Below, in pieces: positions 1-10,566 of a stretch of DNA of 64,000 nucleotides. The notes beneath the pieces are model-generated. The model saw nothing but the letters and a program-made list of their open reading frames with translations, did not search any database and was not told where the DNA came from. Source of the DNA: Leeuwenhoekiella sp. (GTDB lineage: Bacteria; Bacteroidota; Bacteroidia; Flavobacteriales; Flavobacteriaceae); assembly GCA_965219335.1 (NCBI GenBank), contig CBDCNG010000005.1, positions 121,992 to 185,991 of the forward strand, written 5' to 3'. The position numbers were made by a program, and so were the translations under genes. Each line of letters opens with the position of its first letter. Position 1 is the stretch's first letter.

Positions 1-2
1 TT

Positions 3-155
3 GAAGAGCTGCGCGAAGCGCTTGTGGCATGGCTTTCCTATGAGCTGTGTTTAGAGCAAATGACCCATTATCTCCAGCAGAATTATGCAGCCATGCTTTG
101 GATAAAATCAAAAAATGGATCGCTTGAGCGAATCATGGTCGTTAAATGGGAATAA
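3..155 (+). CDS. 3' end of an unidentified CDS running in from the left edge
   Basis: Open frame from position 3 (EELREALVAWLSYELCLEQ...IMVVKWE) ending at TAA 153-155; too short to identify. Confidence 0.35.
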   Translation, partial: EELREALVAWLSYELCLEQMTHYLQQNYAAMLWIKSKNGSLERIMVVKWE

Positions 156-472
156 CTTTTCTGTCAATAGTATTTAAAACTATAATTGCTTGATATTAAT
201 AAGATTATAATCGAATATTTTTTCTGCAGCCATTACTGATTTAGAATATTATGTATAGCTTATTCATTGAAAGCTGCTGTTAGATGAATTGATTTCGCGC
301 GAGCGAGCTTAGCAGCATTTACAATATAGTAGCTTCTTGTAGCACGTTTTAAATATTTCTTTTCTCTTCTTCACTTCTCTTTAAAGCTTCTTAAGCATCA
401 TTAACAGCCATTTGTGAAGTCCTTGGCTTTCCCTTAATGCCGTGACCCTTATATTGAAGAAAAATTCAAATT

Positions 473-982
473 ATGATCAAACCCAACACCAAAGTACCAG
501 AAATCAGTTTAGACCTAATCAACAGCACCAAATGGGAACTTAAGAAACAAGATCCTGACAAATATACGATGATCGTCTTCTACCGTGGACTGCACTGCCC
601 GGTATGCAAGAAATACCTGGAGGATCTTAAAACGAAACTCGACGATTTCAGTCAGCGTGGCGTAAATGTGATCGCCGTGAGTATGGATACTGAAGAAAAA
701 GCGAAAAAAACAGGAGAAAAATGGAAGGTTTCGTCGCTGCCCATAGGTTATGAACTTTCTGAAGATGAAGCCCGAAATTGGGGACTTTATATCAGCAATG
801 GCATCAAGGAAGAAGAACCTGATGTATTTTCAGAACCAGGACTTTTTCTTATTAATAGTGATGGAAGCTTATATTGTTCGGCCATACAAACCATGCCTTT
901 TGCCCGGCCCAATTTTGACGAACTGCTCAAAGCAATTGATTTCGTCAAAAAAAATGATTATCCGGCACGTGGCGGTGAATAA
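473..982 (+). CDS. Peroxiredoxin-like AhpC/TSA family redoxin
   Basis: Thioredoxin-fold motif FYRGLHCPVC, plus EPGLF and QTMPFARP motifs typical of PRX-like2 proteins. Confidence 0.88.
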   Translation: MIKPNTKVPEISLDLINSTKWELKKQDPDKYTMIVFYRGLHCPVCKKYLEDLKTKLDDFSQRGVNVIAVSMDTEEKAKKTGEKWKVSSLPIGYELSEDEARNWGLYISNGIKEEEPDVFSEPGLFLINSDGSLYCSAIQTMPFARPNFDELLKAIDFVKKNDYPARGGE

Positions 983-1015
983 CCTTTGAATTATTTTATA
1001 TCTAATTTTATTAGG

Positions 1016-1046
1016 AAACCTTATAAATCCATAATTTATAGGGTTT
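1016..1046. terminator. Inverted repeat (REP-like, likely bidirectional terminator) between convergent genes
   Basis: AAACCTTATAAAT-ccata-ATTTATAGGGTTT. Confidence 0.6.
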
Positions 1047-1079
1047 TAAACATTTAAAATGTATCATAACTGGAGAATT

Positions 1080-2147
1080 CTAACGCGTAAATAATTTTTT
1101 AAAAACTGTCGCCTCATTATCACTTTTGGGATTTTCATCATAAAACATTTCCAGAAAATTTTCGGCACTTGTCCATGAAGTATGCAACATGCCCTTATAG
1201 TGAGGTCTCATTTCTTTTGTGGCATTTTTTCTAAAATCCTCTAACATTTGGTTTTGTTCTACAGCTACTTCTGGGTTTTTCCATGAGCAGGTAGCCACAT
1301 CCAGACCGTGCATTGCGAAAAAGGCAGCAGTAGGATCTGGTCTTTCATAATGCCAATCACAGATCATCACATCTTTTGGTATCATATCAATAGCACGGTA
1401 GGTTGTATTCATACTTGCTTCCCACATGCCTATTCCCGTAGTTTTTCCGTCGATAAAACGATCTCCCCAGATCCATAAACGTTTTCCCGTTTCTGCAAGA
1501 TGATTTCTGATCCTGGTCACTTCGCCCGCATATAATTTGGCTTTATCCTTACCTCCACATCTTGGGCACTGATCCATGCCGATATAAAAAACTTCATCCA
1601 TACCGGCATGAAAAGCGTTTGCATGAAAGGCTTTTGTAATCTCATCAACTAAATCAAACACCACTTTGTGTACTTCTGGATGTAGCGGGCAGTAGCTTTT
1701 ACAATACAATTCATCATCATTGGGCCATTTATAATCTTGAGGCATTTTTACATCAGGTGTTTCGTCAAATTCAGGATAGACTTCCAACAATTTTCCCAAT
1801 TTTCCTGCCCAGGATTGATGTCCCAATAAATTAATCTGTGGAATAACCTGTATATTATTTTTTTGACAGGCGGCTACAATGGCATCAACATCCTCTTGTG
1901 AAAGAGCGTTTTCTTCTGCTAATTCAGGATGAGATTTATATTGATAATTATAATCAACCCTCAACACCAATGTATTTATTTTTCTCGGTGCGAGCTCTTC
2001 ATTGATAAACTTCACAAAACGGTTTATATGGGTTTTATGAGGAGCAGCAATCGCCAATCCTTTTAACGGAAGGCTTAGACTATCGTTCTGGGCATGTACC
2101 AAAAAAGCAGTACATAAAAAGAAACATAAAATGGCTGTTTTTTTCAT
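1080..2147 (-). CDS. Family 20 glycoside hydrolase catalytic-domain protein (secreted)
   Basis: Signal peptide; IPQINLLGH, FHAGMDEVF (catalytic DE pair), WGDR and DWHY motifs of the GH20 TIM barrel. Confidence 0.8.
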   Translation of the reverse strand: MKKTAILCFFLCTAFLVHAQNDSLSLPLKGLAIAAPHKTHINRFVKFINEELAPRKINTLVLRVDYNYQYKSHPELAEENALSQEDVDAIVAACQKNNIQVIPQINLLGHQSWAGKLGKLLEVYPEFDETPDVKMPQDYKWPNDDELYCKSYCPLHPEVHKVVFDLVDEITKAFHANAFHAGMDEVFYIGMDQCPRCGGKDKAKLYAGEVTRIRNHLAETGKRLWIWGDRFIDGKTTGIGMWEASMNTTYRAIDMIPKDVMICDWHYERPDPTAAFFAMHGLDVATCSWKNPEVAVEQNQMLEDFRKNATKEMRPHYKGMLHTSWTSAENFLEMFYDENPKSDNEATVFKKLFTR

Positions 2148-2172
2148 CTTTATCTTATTTGAAGTTTATTAC

Positions 2173-2264
2173 CCGCTAATGCTAATAATTTTTACAAACA
2201 TCATTCTGATCTTGTTCCGATAGATATTGGAACAATATCTCATAAACATTGAGTGCTCAATATT
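2173..2264. repeat. Dispersed ~65-90 bp palindrome-rich repeat, copy A
   Basis: Core 2201-2264 aligns at about 51/66 with 38710-38775; contains hairpin TTGTTCCGA-tagata-TTGGAACAA and palindrome ATTGAG-tg-CTCAAT. Confidence 0.7.
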
Positions 2265-2338
2265 TGTAGATGCGACCTGAATCAAGTGAAGGGTGACAAT
2301 ACATTTGTGACACATTCATCACATTCAAATTTTAAGGT

Positions 2339-3130
2339 TTAGTTTTTGAAAACGTTTCCTTTTTTATCGGAAGCAACTACATATTTGAGTGCGGCTATGA
2401 TCATTCGGTTCTGTATGGCTTCCTTAAAAATTCGGCTTCCGTGTCCCATATTCATATAAACCATTCGATATTTTGTATTCGTCCACACCACAGGGGTATC
2501 ACCCCCTTGAATAATATCTTTTAGACCAAATGGATAATTTTCATCTGAAAGAGAAGCCAGGACTTTTACATTTGGATTTAAACGCGGACTTGGTTTCCAT
2601 TGATACCATTCGTTAGCTGGAGCTATGTAAGTGTCTGGCATTCCTTTGGTAACAGGATGCGATTGATCATCTATCACAATTTTTGCCGGCATGGGCGGCC
2701 AGTTATTTGTGTAAAAAACCGCTCCGCCCAAAAACCTTACAAACCAAGGCCAGTGGGTTGTTTTATCATTATAAGCGGCAACATGAAAGCCCAACCAACC
2801 ACCACCGTTTTCCATATAATCTTCAAAAGCTTTACGCTGTTGGGTTGTGTATGGAAAATCATTGAGCATCATGATTATGGAATAATCTTTAAGTTTTTCA
2901 GGATTGAGATCGTCCATATTGGAAGTAGTGTCCAAAACAAATCCATTTCCAATGGTCAAATCTTTGAAATAGGCAATGGCATCTTCAGCAAAATTTATGT
3001 GGGCCTCTTCTACTTTATGACTGTAAAAAACCAACGCCTTAAAACGTGGAAATTTTTGCGCCATCGCAGAAACAGAAAGTAATAGCAATACAATAAGAAT
3101 GCTTTTCCCTTTACTGAATGAGTGAATCAT
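2339..3130 (-). CDS. ThuA-like domain (class I glutamine amidotransferase-like) secreted protein
   Basis: Signal peptide; ENGGGWLGFHVA, HPVTKGMP, NEWY and YMNMGH motifs. Confidence 0.85.
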   Translation of the reverse strand: MIHSFSKGKSILIVLLLLSVSAMAQKFPRFKALVFYSHKVEEAHINFAEDAIAYFKDLTIGNGFVLDTTSNMDDLNPEKLKDYSIIMMLNDFPYTTQQRKAFEDYMENGGGWLGFHVAAYNDKTTHWPWFVRFLGGAVFYTNNWPPMPAKIVIDDQSHPVTKGMPDTYIAPANEWYQWKPSPRLNPNVKVLASLSDENYPFGLKDIIQGGDTPVVWTNTKYRMVYMNMGHGSRIFKEAIQNRMIIAALKYVVASDKKGNVFKN

Positions 3131-3342
3131 TTTAAGATTTATTTGATTGATTTAAATTACAGCTTAGTGAGTTGAGAAAGCAACTTTAAATATTCAAAGT
3201 GAAAATTGTATCGTGTTTTAAACTAAAAACTTTACTGATTTAGCTTGAATTAAGTACGGTTTCGATTTAATGAGGACTAAAACCTGAAAGGTAATATACT
3301 TTTTTGAAACGGGGGTTTTAATAATTTAAAGGAATATAATTA

Positions 3343-3370
3343 AAAAGTCCGATCAAATGACCGGACTTTT
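3343..3370 (-). terminator. Rho-independent terminator of the gyrA-TPR transcript
   Basis: AAAAGTCCGATCA-aa-TGACCGGACTTTT just downstream of the TPR gene stop; T-tract on the minus strand. Confidence 0.75.
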
Positions 3371-3394
3371 AATTCAATAAGAAAGATTTAAAGC

Positions 3395-4708
3395 TTACTG
3401 TTTCCCAGCACCTTGTTTATCTTGTTCAGTAGTTCCTTGAGCACCACCTCCATTTTGAAGGGCGTCAAGTTTTGCTTTGTATTCATCAGCTTTTGCCTGG
3501 TTGCCCAACTGGGTGTTAATGTTGAACAAAGTACGCATCACTTCTACATTTTTAGGATCGCTTGTTGCGGCCTTTTCCAAATAGGGAATTGCATCCTTAT
3601 AAATAGCCTGACGCTGTTTTTTAAGTTCGTCATACTTTTTATTATCAGCAGCAGAGGTTCCCAAACTGTTCATCTGGTCGACCAATTTTTTATCAGAATC
3701 TAAAACCAAGACTGCAGTATTTAGGTTTGCAATAGCGTTATCAGGATCAATTTTCAGGGCTTTGGCATAATATTCTTTAGCCTTATCAGTAGCTCCTGCG
3801 TTACCCGCGCTAATACCTAAACTCACCAAAAGATCGGGATTGTTGGGGTCTTTCTCCACAATCTTGTTCATAGTGGCATCAAATTTATCATTCATGCCAA
3901 GCTTACGATAGAGTTCAGCCTCATTTTTCATGAGCTCTACATCATCCGGATTTTTTTCACGTGCATCGGCCATGGCATCAAGAGCCTTTTGGTCTTCGCC
4001 ATTCTGCATATAAATAAGTGCGATTTTCTCAGCGATTTCTGGGCTTTTGGGTGGAGTTTTTTCAGTTTTGGGATCCTTATGGGTTCCCGCCTTAACAAAA
4101 AGGTCACGCTGAGCTTCAGTAGCGTAATTTTCGGTCTTTCCTGATTCCTTATTTACTGCGGTATATTTAGTTTCCACACCGCGATAGCCCAAATCTTTAA
4201 GTTTTAGATAATCTTTAAGGGCGGTATCATAATCTTTACCATTGACTGCGTTTGATGCTGCGTAATAAAGGTACACAGTGTCTTTTGGGCTCAGGTTATA
4301 CAATTTGGTCAATTTAGCGGCTGCGGCATCATATTTTTCAGCATTTTGATCCTCAACAGCGCTATTGATTGCCTTGTTGATGGCAACTTGTTTAAGCTCG
4401 GCAACTTCGTCACCATACTCTTTACCTTCATTGGTTTTTGAGGCCATTGCAAGGGCATCAAGAGCAGTATCCACTCCAGACATATCCTTTTCTCCGCCTA
4501 AATAGGTTTTAGCTTTCAGGTAGTAATATTCCTCTTTTTGCTCATCATCCATTTGAGCCATCATCCCTTCTAGACCATCAATTTCTGTTTTGGCCTCGGC
4601 ATAATTCTCCTTTCGAAGTGATTTATCTACGTTTCTCAACTCTTTCTTCTGCGCAAAAACAAATGCAGAGGCCGAGAGAGCAGCTGTAATTAAAATTTTG
4701 GTTTTCAT
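3395..4708 (-). CDS. Exported tetratricopeptide-repeat protein
   Basis: Signal peptide; several TPR-like units (AKEYYAKALKIDPDN, AIPYLEKAATSDPKN); directly follows gyrA. Confidence 0.85.
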   Translation of the reverse strand: MKTKILITAALSASAFVFAQKKELRNVDKSLRKENYAEAKTEIDGLEGMMAQMDDEQKEEYYYLKAKTYLGGEKDMSGVDTALDALAMASKTNEGKEYGDEVAELKQVAINKAINSAVEDQNAEKYDAAAAKLTKLYNLSPKDTVYLYYAASNAVNGKDYDTALKDYLKLKDLGYRGVETKYTAVNKESGKTENYATEAQRDLFVKAGTHKDPKTEKTPPKSPEIAEKIALIYMQNGEDQKALDAMADAREKNPDDVELMKNEAELYRKLGMNDKFDATMNKIVEKDPNNPDLLVSLGISAGNAGATDKAKEYYAKALKIDPDNAIANLNTAVLVLDSDKKLVDQMNSLGTSAADNKKYDELKKQRQAIYKDAIPYLEKAATSDPKNVEVMRTLFNINTQLGNQAKADEYKAKLDALQNGGGAQGTTEQDKQGAGKQ

Positions 4709-4735
4709 ATTGGTTTAATATTTGGTTCAACTTAA

Positions 4736-7276
4736 TTATTCCTCCTCATCAGAAGGATTTTCTTTATCTTCTATTTTTTTAGTTGTCGTGGCCTGGTCAT
4801 TAGCCTCTTTTAATGCTTCATCTTCCTCAAGATCGTCCTCATCATGCTTAACTTTCGCAACAGCGGCAATAGAGTCATTATTTTTGAGATTGATAAGTTT
4901 TACACCTTGGGTCGCCCTACCAGTAATACGCAGATCAGAAACCTCCATCCTAATGGCTATACCTGATTTATTGATGATCATGAGGTCATCATCATCTGTA
5001 ACATTGTTAATAGCAACCAAACTTCCGGTCTTTTTGGTGACGGAAATGGTTTTGACACCTTTACCGCCCCTATTGGTCACGCGGTAATCTTCTACCAAAC
5101 TTCGTTTACCGTAGCCGTTTTCAGAAACCACCAAAATATTCGAAGATGGATCATTAACGGCGACCATACCTACAACTTCATCAGTACTATCTGCAAGAGT
5201 TATGCCACGCACCCCAGAAGCGTTGCGGCCCATAGGTCGCGTTTTGCTCTCTTCAAAGCGAATGGCTTTGCCAGATTTTACACCGAGCATCACCTGGCTA
5301 TTTCCATTTGTCAATTTGGCAGTCAGTAATTCATCACCCTCTTTAATTGTAATGGCATTGATGCCATTGGTACGAGGCCTGGAATATTGCTCCAGCGATG
5401 TTTTTTTGACCTGCCCTTTTTTGGTGGCCATGATCACATAATGATTATTGATATAGTCTTCGTCCTTAAGATCGTTAGTACAGATAAATGCCATAACCTT
5501 ATCGTCTGGCTCAATATTGATCAAGTTTTGGATGGCACGCCCTTTTGAAATTTTGCTGCCCTCTGGTATTTCAAAAACACGCATCCAGAAACACTTTCCT
5601 TTTTGGGTAAAAAAGATCATATACTGGTGATTAGTACCTATAAAAAGATACTCCAAAAAGTCCTCATTACGGGTTGTTGAAGCCTTTTGACCGACGCCTC
5701 CCCTATTCTGGGTTTTATATTCGTCTAGCGAGGTGCGCTTGATGTAGCCCGCATGGGATATGGTAAGAACCACTTTCTCATCTGGGATCAGGTCGGTAAT
5801 GGACACATCACCACCTGCATATTCGATATCTGTTCTTCGCTCGTCACCAAATTTATCCCTGACTTCAATCAGTTCATCTTTAATAATCTGCATTCTACGC
5901 TCTTTGCTAGCCAGAATTTCTTTAAGATCCTCAATGGTTTTAAGTAGTTGGTCATATTCATCCCTTAACTTATCCTGCTCAAGACCGGTAAGTTGGCGCA
6001 GGCGCATCTCTACAATGGCCTTTGCCTGTATCTCGCTAAGGTCAAACCGTTCGATCAGTTTGTTCCGTGCCTCCTCGGCATTTGAACTGGAACGTATAAG
6101 AGCGATTACCTCGTCAATATTATCTGAGGCAATGATAAGCCCTTCTAAGATATGGGCCCTGTCTTCGGCTTTTTTAAGTTCATATTCAGTACGCCTCACG
6201 ACTACCTCATGCCGGTGATCCACAAAATGGTGAATCATATCTTTAAGATTCAGCATCTGCGGCCGGCCTTTTACAAGAGCGATGTTATTAACGCTAAAAG
6301 AAGATTGTAATGCTGTGTATTTATAAAGGGTATTAAGCACAATATTGGGTATCGCATCCCTTTTAAGGATGTAAACGATGCGCATTCCCTTTCTATCAGA
6401 TTCATCACGTATGGATGAAATCCCATCAATTTTTTTATCGTTGATAAGGTCTGCCGTTTTTTTGATCATATCAGCCTTATTGACCTGATAGGGAATCTCG
6501 CTAACGATGATGCATTCCCGGCCCTTGACCTCCTCAATACGAGCTTTGGCCCGAAGCACCACGCGCCCACGCCCTGTTTTAAACGCTTCCCTTACACCTT
6601 CATAACCATAAATGGTACCACCAGTGGGAAAATCTGGCGCGGTGATATATTCCATTAGGCCATCCACATCGATATCGTTGTCTTCTATATATGCCACGAT
6701 GCCGTTAATGGCTTCGGTAAGATTATGTGGTGGCATATTTGTGGCCATCCCTACTGCAATACCTGAGGCACCATTAACTAACAGACCCGGCACACGGGTA
6801 GGAAGTACGGTAGGCTCCTTAAGCGTGTCATCAAAATTGAGCTGGTGATCTACGGTATCTTTATCGATATCTGCCAGCATTTCCTCAGAAAACCTGCGCA
6901 TCCTGGCTTCAGTATAACGCATCGCCGCCGGGCTATCCCCATCTACAGAGCCAAAGTTGCCCTGCCCATCAACCAGCATATAGCGCATACTCCATTCTTG
7001 GGCCATACGTACCATAGCATCATAAACGGAAGTGTCACCGTGGGGATGATATTTACCTAAAACCTCGCCCACAATCCTGGCAGATTTTTTATGGGCGGTA
7101 TTGGACCTAACGCCCAGTTCATGCATCCCAAATAATACACGCCTGTGCACAGGTTTAAGTCCGTCGCGAACATCTGGGAGGGCACGTGACACGATGACCG
7201 ACATTGAATAATCAATGTAGGCCGATTTCATTTCATCTTCAATATTAATGGGAATCAGCTTTTCACCTTCAGCCAT
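4736..7276 (-). CDS. gyrA: DNA gyrase subunit A
   Basis: [24 protein letters not shown] catalytic Tyr, GyrA-box QNRGGVG, C-terminal beta-pinwheel repeats. Confidence 0.99.
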   Translation of the reverse strand: MAEGEKLIPINIEDEMKSAYIDYSMSVIVSRALPDVRDGLKPVHRRVLFGMHELGVRSNTAHKKSARIVGEVLGKYHPHGDTSVYDAMVRMAQEWSMRYMLVDGQGNFGSVDGDSPAAMRYTEARMRRFSEEMLADIDKDTVDHQLNFDDTLKEPTVLPTRVPGLLVNGASGIAVGMATNMPPHNLTEAINGIVAYIEDNDIDVDGLMEYITAPDFPTGGTIYGYEGVREAFKTGRGRVVLRAKARIEEVKGRECIIVSEIPYQVNKADMIKKTADLINDKKIDGISSIRDESDRKGMRIVYILKRDAIPNIVLNTLYKYTALQSSFSVNNIALVKGRPQMLNLKDMIHHFVDHRHEVVVRRTEYELKKAEDRAHILEGLIIASDNIDEVIALIRSSSNAEEARNKLIERFDLSEIQAKAIVEMRLRQLTGLEQDKLRDEYDQLLKTIEDLKEILASKERRMQIIKDELIEVRDKFGDERRTDIEYAGGDVSITDLIPDEKVVLTISHAGYIKRTSLDEYKTQNRGGVGQKASTTRNEDFLEYLFIGTNHQYMIFFTQKGKCFWMRVFEIPEGSKISKGRAIQNLINIEPDDKVMAFICTNDLKDEDYINNHYVIMATKKGQVKKTSLEQYSRPRTNGINAITIKEGDELLTAKLTNGNSQVMLGVKSGKAIRFEESKTRPMGRNASGVRGITLADSTDEVVGMVAVNDPSSNILVVSENGYGKRSLVEDYRVTNRGGKGVKTISVTKKTGSLVAINNVTDDDDLMIINKSGIAIRMEVSDLRITGRATQGVKLINLKNNDSIAAVAKVKHDEDDLEEDEALKEANDQATTTKKIEDKENPSDEEE

Positions 7277-7468
7277 AGATAAATTTCTTAGTTTTTAAAT
7301 GTAACGCTATCGCGCAAGATACGTAAATCAGGTGTTTTAGCCCATATTTATAGCCTTGTTGCACATAATTTTTATTAACAAAAAATAAATGCACTCTTTA
7401 ATAAGTATGCTTATCTTGTCTTGCGATTATGAAAGTAATTTTGTCAATTTACGGGACATACTTAGCAA

Positions 7469-7483
7469 CGGAACGATTTTTGA
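7469..7483 (+). promoter_or_regulatory. Possible sigma-54-type -24/-12 element upstream of clpC
   Basis: CGGAACGATTTTTGA resembles TGGCACG-N4-TTGC; a similar GGGAACGGTTTTTGG lies at 26772-26786. Confidence 0.3.
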
Positions 7484-7522
7484 AATCTTCCTGTTAAAAA
7501 ATAGCAAAGATTGAATATTGAT

Positions 7523-10069
7523 ATGGATGATAATTTTTCCCCAAGAGTTAAAGATGTAATTGCTTACAGCAAAGAGGAGGCACTGAGGTTGGGTCATGAT
7601 TACATAGGTACCGAACATCTGATGCTGGGCCTTTTGAGGGATGGTAGTGGCAAGGCCATTGAGATCCTACAGACACTGAGTATAGATTTGAGTCACTTGC
7701 GACGCAAAGTTGAGATTCTCAGCCCCGCAAGTCCCAATTATGCGGTGGGCAGCAATGAAAAAAAGAATCTGCACCTTACAAGGCAGGCAGAACGTGCGTT
7801 AAAAACGACCTTTTTGGAAGCAAAGCTTTTCCAAAGCACATCAATAAATACTGCACACCTTTTATTATGTGTATTGCGCAATGAAAATGATCCTACAACT
7901 AAATTGCTCAATAAGCTGAAAGTAGATTATGATAATGTTAAAGATCAATTCAAGCTTATGATGACTAGTGATGATAATTATATTGAGCCCATTAAGGGAG
8001 AATCCCTGAGTGATGATGACTCTACTACCGATTCTGGTAAGGAAAATCCATTTAATTCTGGAGGGGGCAAGACTACCAAAAAGTCTAAAACACCCGTACT
8101 CGATAATTTTGGCCGGGATCTAACCGTTCTTGCGCAAGAGGATAAACTGGATCCAGTAGTGGGTAGGGAAAAAGAGATTGAGCGTGTTTCGCAAATTTTA
8201 AGTCGAAGGAAAAAGAATAATCCTTTGCTTATCGGGGAGCCCGGAGTTGGTAAATCCGCTATTGCGGAAGGATTGGCGCTTCGTATTATAAAGAAAAAAG
8301 TATCCAGGATACTCTTTGATAAAAGGGTGGTAACCCTTGATCTTGCAAGTCTGGTAGCGGGTACCAAATACCGAGGCCAATTTGAGGAAAGGATGAAGGC
8401 GGTAATGAACGAACTTGAAAAGAATAATGATATTATCCTTTTTATTGATGAAATTCATACCATTGTAGGGGCTGGTGGAGCTACAGGTTCACTGGATGCG
8501 AGCAACATGTTTAAACCGGCGCTTGCCCGGGGTGAAATACAATGCATCGGCGCAACTACTTTAGATGAATATAGACAATACATCGAGAAAGATGGCGCAC
8601 TGGAGCGACGTTTTCAAAAAGTGATTGTAGAACCTACCACCATTGAGGAAACCATAGAAATCCTGGAAAATATCAAGGATAAATATGAGGATCATCACAA
8701 CGTGGTCTATACGCCCGAAGCTATTGAGGCCTGTGTAAAATTGACCAGTAGGTATATGACTGATCGTTTCTTGCCGGATAAGGCGATAGACGCTCTTGAT
8801 GAAGCGGGTTCCCGTGTGCATATTACCAATATTGATGTCCCTAAAAAAATATTGGATCTTGAACGCCAACTTGATGAGGTGCGCGAACGTAAAAATTCTG
8901 TGGTCAAAAAACAGAAATATGAAGAGGCGGCCAAATTAAGGGATGACGAAAAAAATCTGGAGAAAGATCTCGCCCTGGCCCAAGAGCGATGGGAAGAAGA
9001 ATCTAAGATGCATAAGGAGACGGTAAGTGAAGATAACGTGGCTGATGTGGTCTCTATGATGTCAGGTATTCCCGTAAATCGGATCGCCAAAACGGAAACC
9101 AATAAACTTGCGGAACTCCCAACATCAATTAAAAATAAAGTGATTGGTCAGGATGATGCTGTTGCTAAAGTTGCAAAAGCTATTCAGCGTAACAGGGCGG
9201 GTCTTAAAGATCCCCAAAAACCGATTGGTTCATTTATCTTTTTGGGTCAGACTGGAGTTGGTAAAACACAACTTGCCAAAATTTTGGCTACGGAACTATT
9301 TGATAACGAGGATGCACTCATTCGTATAGATATGAGTGAATACATGGAAAAATTTGCCGTCTCTCGTCTTGTAGGCGCGCCTCCTGGATATGTAGGCTAT
9401 GAAGAGGGTGGCCAGTTGACTGAAAAAATTCGTAGGAAACCCTACAGTGTCGTACTTCTTGATGAAATCGAAAAAGCACATCCTGATGTGTTTAACATGT
9501 TGCTGCAGGTATTGGATGACGGTTATCTAACCGATTCTTTGGGAAGAAGGATAGATTTTAGGAATACCGTGATCATTATGACCTCCAATATCGGGGCCAG
9601 AAGATTAAAGGATTTTGGTCAGGGGGTTGGCTTTGGTACTCAGGCCAGAAAGGATCAGGCAGAAGAAAATACCAGAAATGTCATTCAAAGCGCTTTAAAA
9701 AAGACTTTCGCACCAGAGTTTTTAAACCGTGTGGATGATGTAGTCATTTTTAACTCACTTGAGCGTGAGGAGATTCATAAAATAATTGACATTGAGCTCA
9801 AAAAACTTTATAAACGCATCGAAGATTTGGGTTACGACCTTAAACTTAGTGATAAGGCCAAAGACTTTATCGGCGATAAAGGATTTGATAAAGAATATGG
9901 TGCAAGGCCACTCAAAAGAGCAATTCAAAAATATATTGAAGATGCCCTTGCCGAAGAGATCATAACCGCCCACTTAGAAGAGGGTGATAGTATTTTTATG
10001 GATCTGAAAGAAGGTGAAGATGAGCTAAGTATTCATATTGACAAGCACGAGAACAGTACACAATCTTAG
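7523..10069 (+). CDS. clpC: ATP-dependent Clp protease ATP-binding subunit (ClpC type)
   Basis: Clp-N domain, two Walker A motifs ([16 protein letters not shown]), UVR-like middle coil; ATG at 7523 preferred over TTG at 7511. Confidence 0.96.
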   Translation: MDDNFSPRVKDVIAYSKEEALRLGHDYIGTEHLMLGLLRDGSGKAIEILQTLSIDLSHLRRKVEILSPASPNYAVGSNEKKNLHLTRQAERALKTTFLEAKLFQSTSINTAHLLLCVLRNENDPTTKLLNKLKVDYDNVKDQFKLMMTSDDNYIEPIKGESLSDDDSTTDSGKENPFNSGGGKTTKKSKTPVLDNFGRDLTVLAQEDKLDPVVGREKEIERVSQILSRRKKNNPLLIGEPGVGKSAIAEGLALRIIKKKVSRILFDKRVVTLDLASLVAGTKYRGQFEERMKAVMNELEKNNDIILFIDEIHTIVGAGGATGSLDASNMFKPALARGEIQCIGATTLDEYRQYIEKDGALERRFQKVIVEPTTIEETIEILENIKDKYEDHHNVVYTPEAIEACVKLTSRYMTDRFLPDKAIDALDEAGSRVHITNIDVPKKILDLERQLDEVRERKNSVVKKQKYEEAAKLRDDEKNLEKDLALAQERWEEESKMHKETVSEDNVADVVSMMSGIPVNRIAKTETNKLAELPTSIKNKVIGQDDAVAKVAKAIQRNRAGLKDPQKPIGSFIFLGQTGVGKTQLAKILATELFDNEDALIRIDMSEYMEKFAVSRLVGAPPGYVGYEEGGQLTEKIRRKPYSVVLLDEIEKAHPDVFNMLLQVLDDGYLTDSLGRRIDFRNTVIIMTSNIGARRLKDFGQGVGFGTQARKDQAEENTRNVIQSALKKTFAPEFLNRVDDVVIFNSLEREEIHKIIDIELKKLYKRIEDLGYDLKLSDKAKDFIGDKGFDKEYGARPLKRAIQKYIEDALAEEIITAHLEEGDSIFMDLKEGEDELSIHIDKHENSTQS

Positions 10070-10087
10070 TGATATTCTAACAACTTC

Positions 10088-10118
10088 AAAAAACCATCCC
10101 TTATCCGGATGGTTTTTT
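10088..10118 (+). terminator. Rho-independent terminator of clpC
   Basis: AAAAAACCATCC-cttatcc-GGATGGTTTTTT. Confidence 0.85.
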
Positions 10119-10182
10119 ATTTAATTTCATTTGGGTTATTCAGTAGTAAACTTATCTAATAAAACCCCTTTAGCTTAAACCA

Positions 10183-10563
10183 ATGAATTACAAAGCCGTT
10201 TTCCCTTTTGGCAAAGTTGAAATTTGTGACAGTTATATAATTTCAGAGCCATATGAGGGAGTTACTATAGACAATGAGGAATTACAAACCATTTTAAATC
10301 ATTGCAAAAACATATTTAAAGAAAAACCCTACGGCTACATTTGCAGAAGGGTAAACTCCTATAGTGTAAACCCGCTGGTATATCTAAAAGATAGCAAAAC
10401 GCACAATGTTAAGGCTGTCGCCATTGTGGTTAGAAGTAGTAGTGGTAATTCAATGGCAAATATTGAAAAACACTTTTCAGCCGTACCATTTCAAATTTTT
10501 AATGAAGAAGAGGAAGCCAAAAAGTGGATTATTCAACATTTGAAAGATTCGGAAGATGCTTAA
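10183..10563 (+). CDS. Hypothetical protein, STAS/SEC14 (SpoIIAA-like) fold
   Basis: YGYICRRVNSYSVNP motif and C-terminal F-x-x-x-x-x-A-x-x-W typical of Flavobacterial SpoIIAA-like proteins. Confidence 0.65.
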   Translation: MNYKAVFPFGKVEICDSYIISEPYEGVTIDNEELQTILNHCKNIFKEKPYGYICRRVNSYSVNPLVYLKDSKTHNVKAVAIVVRSSSGNSMANIEKHFSAVPFQIFNEEEEAKKWIIQHLKDSEDA

Positions 10564-10566
10564 TAT

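Noticed and set aside
4736-5750. Repetitive pattern at the gyrA 3' end (and in the TPR gene)
   Set aside because: Explained by protein-level beta-pinwheel and TPR repeats
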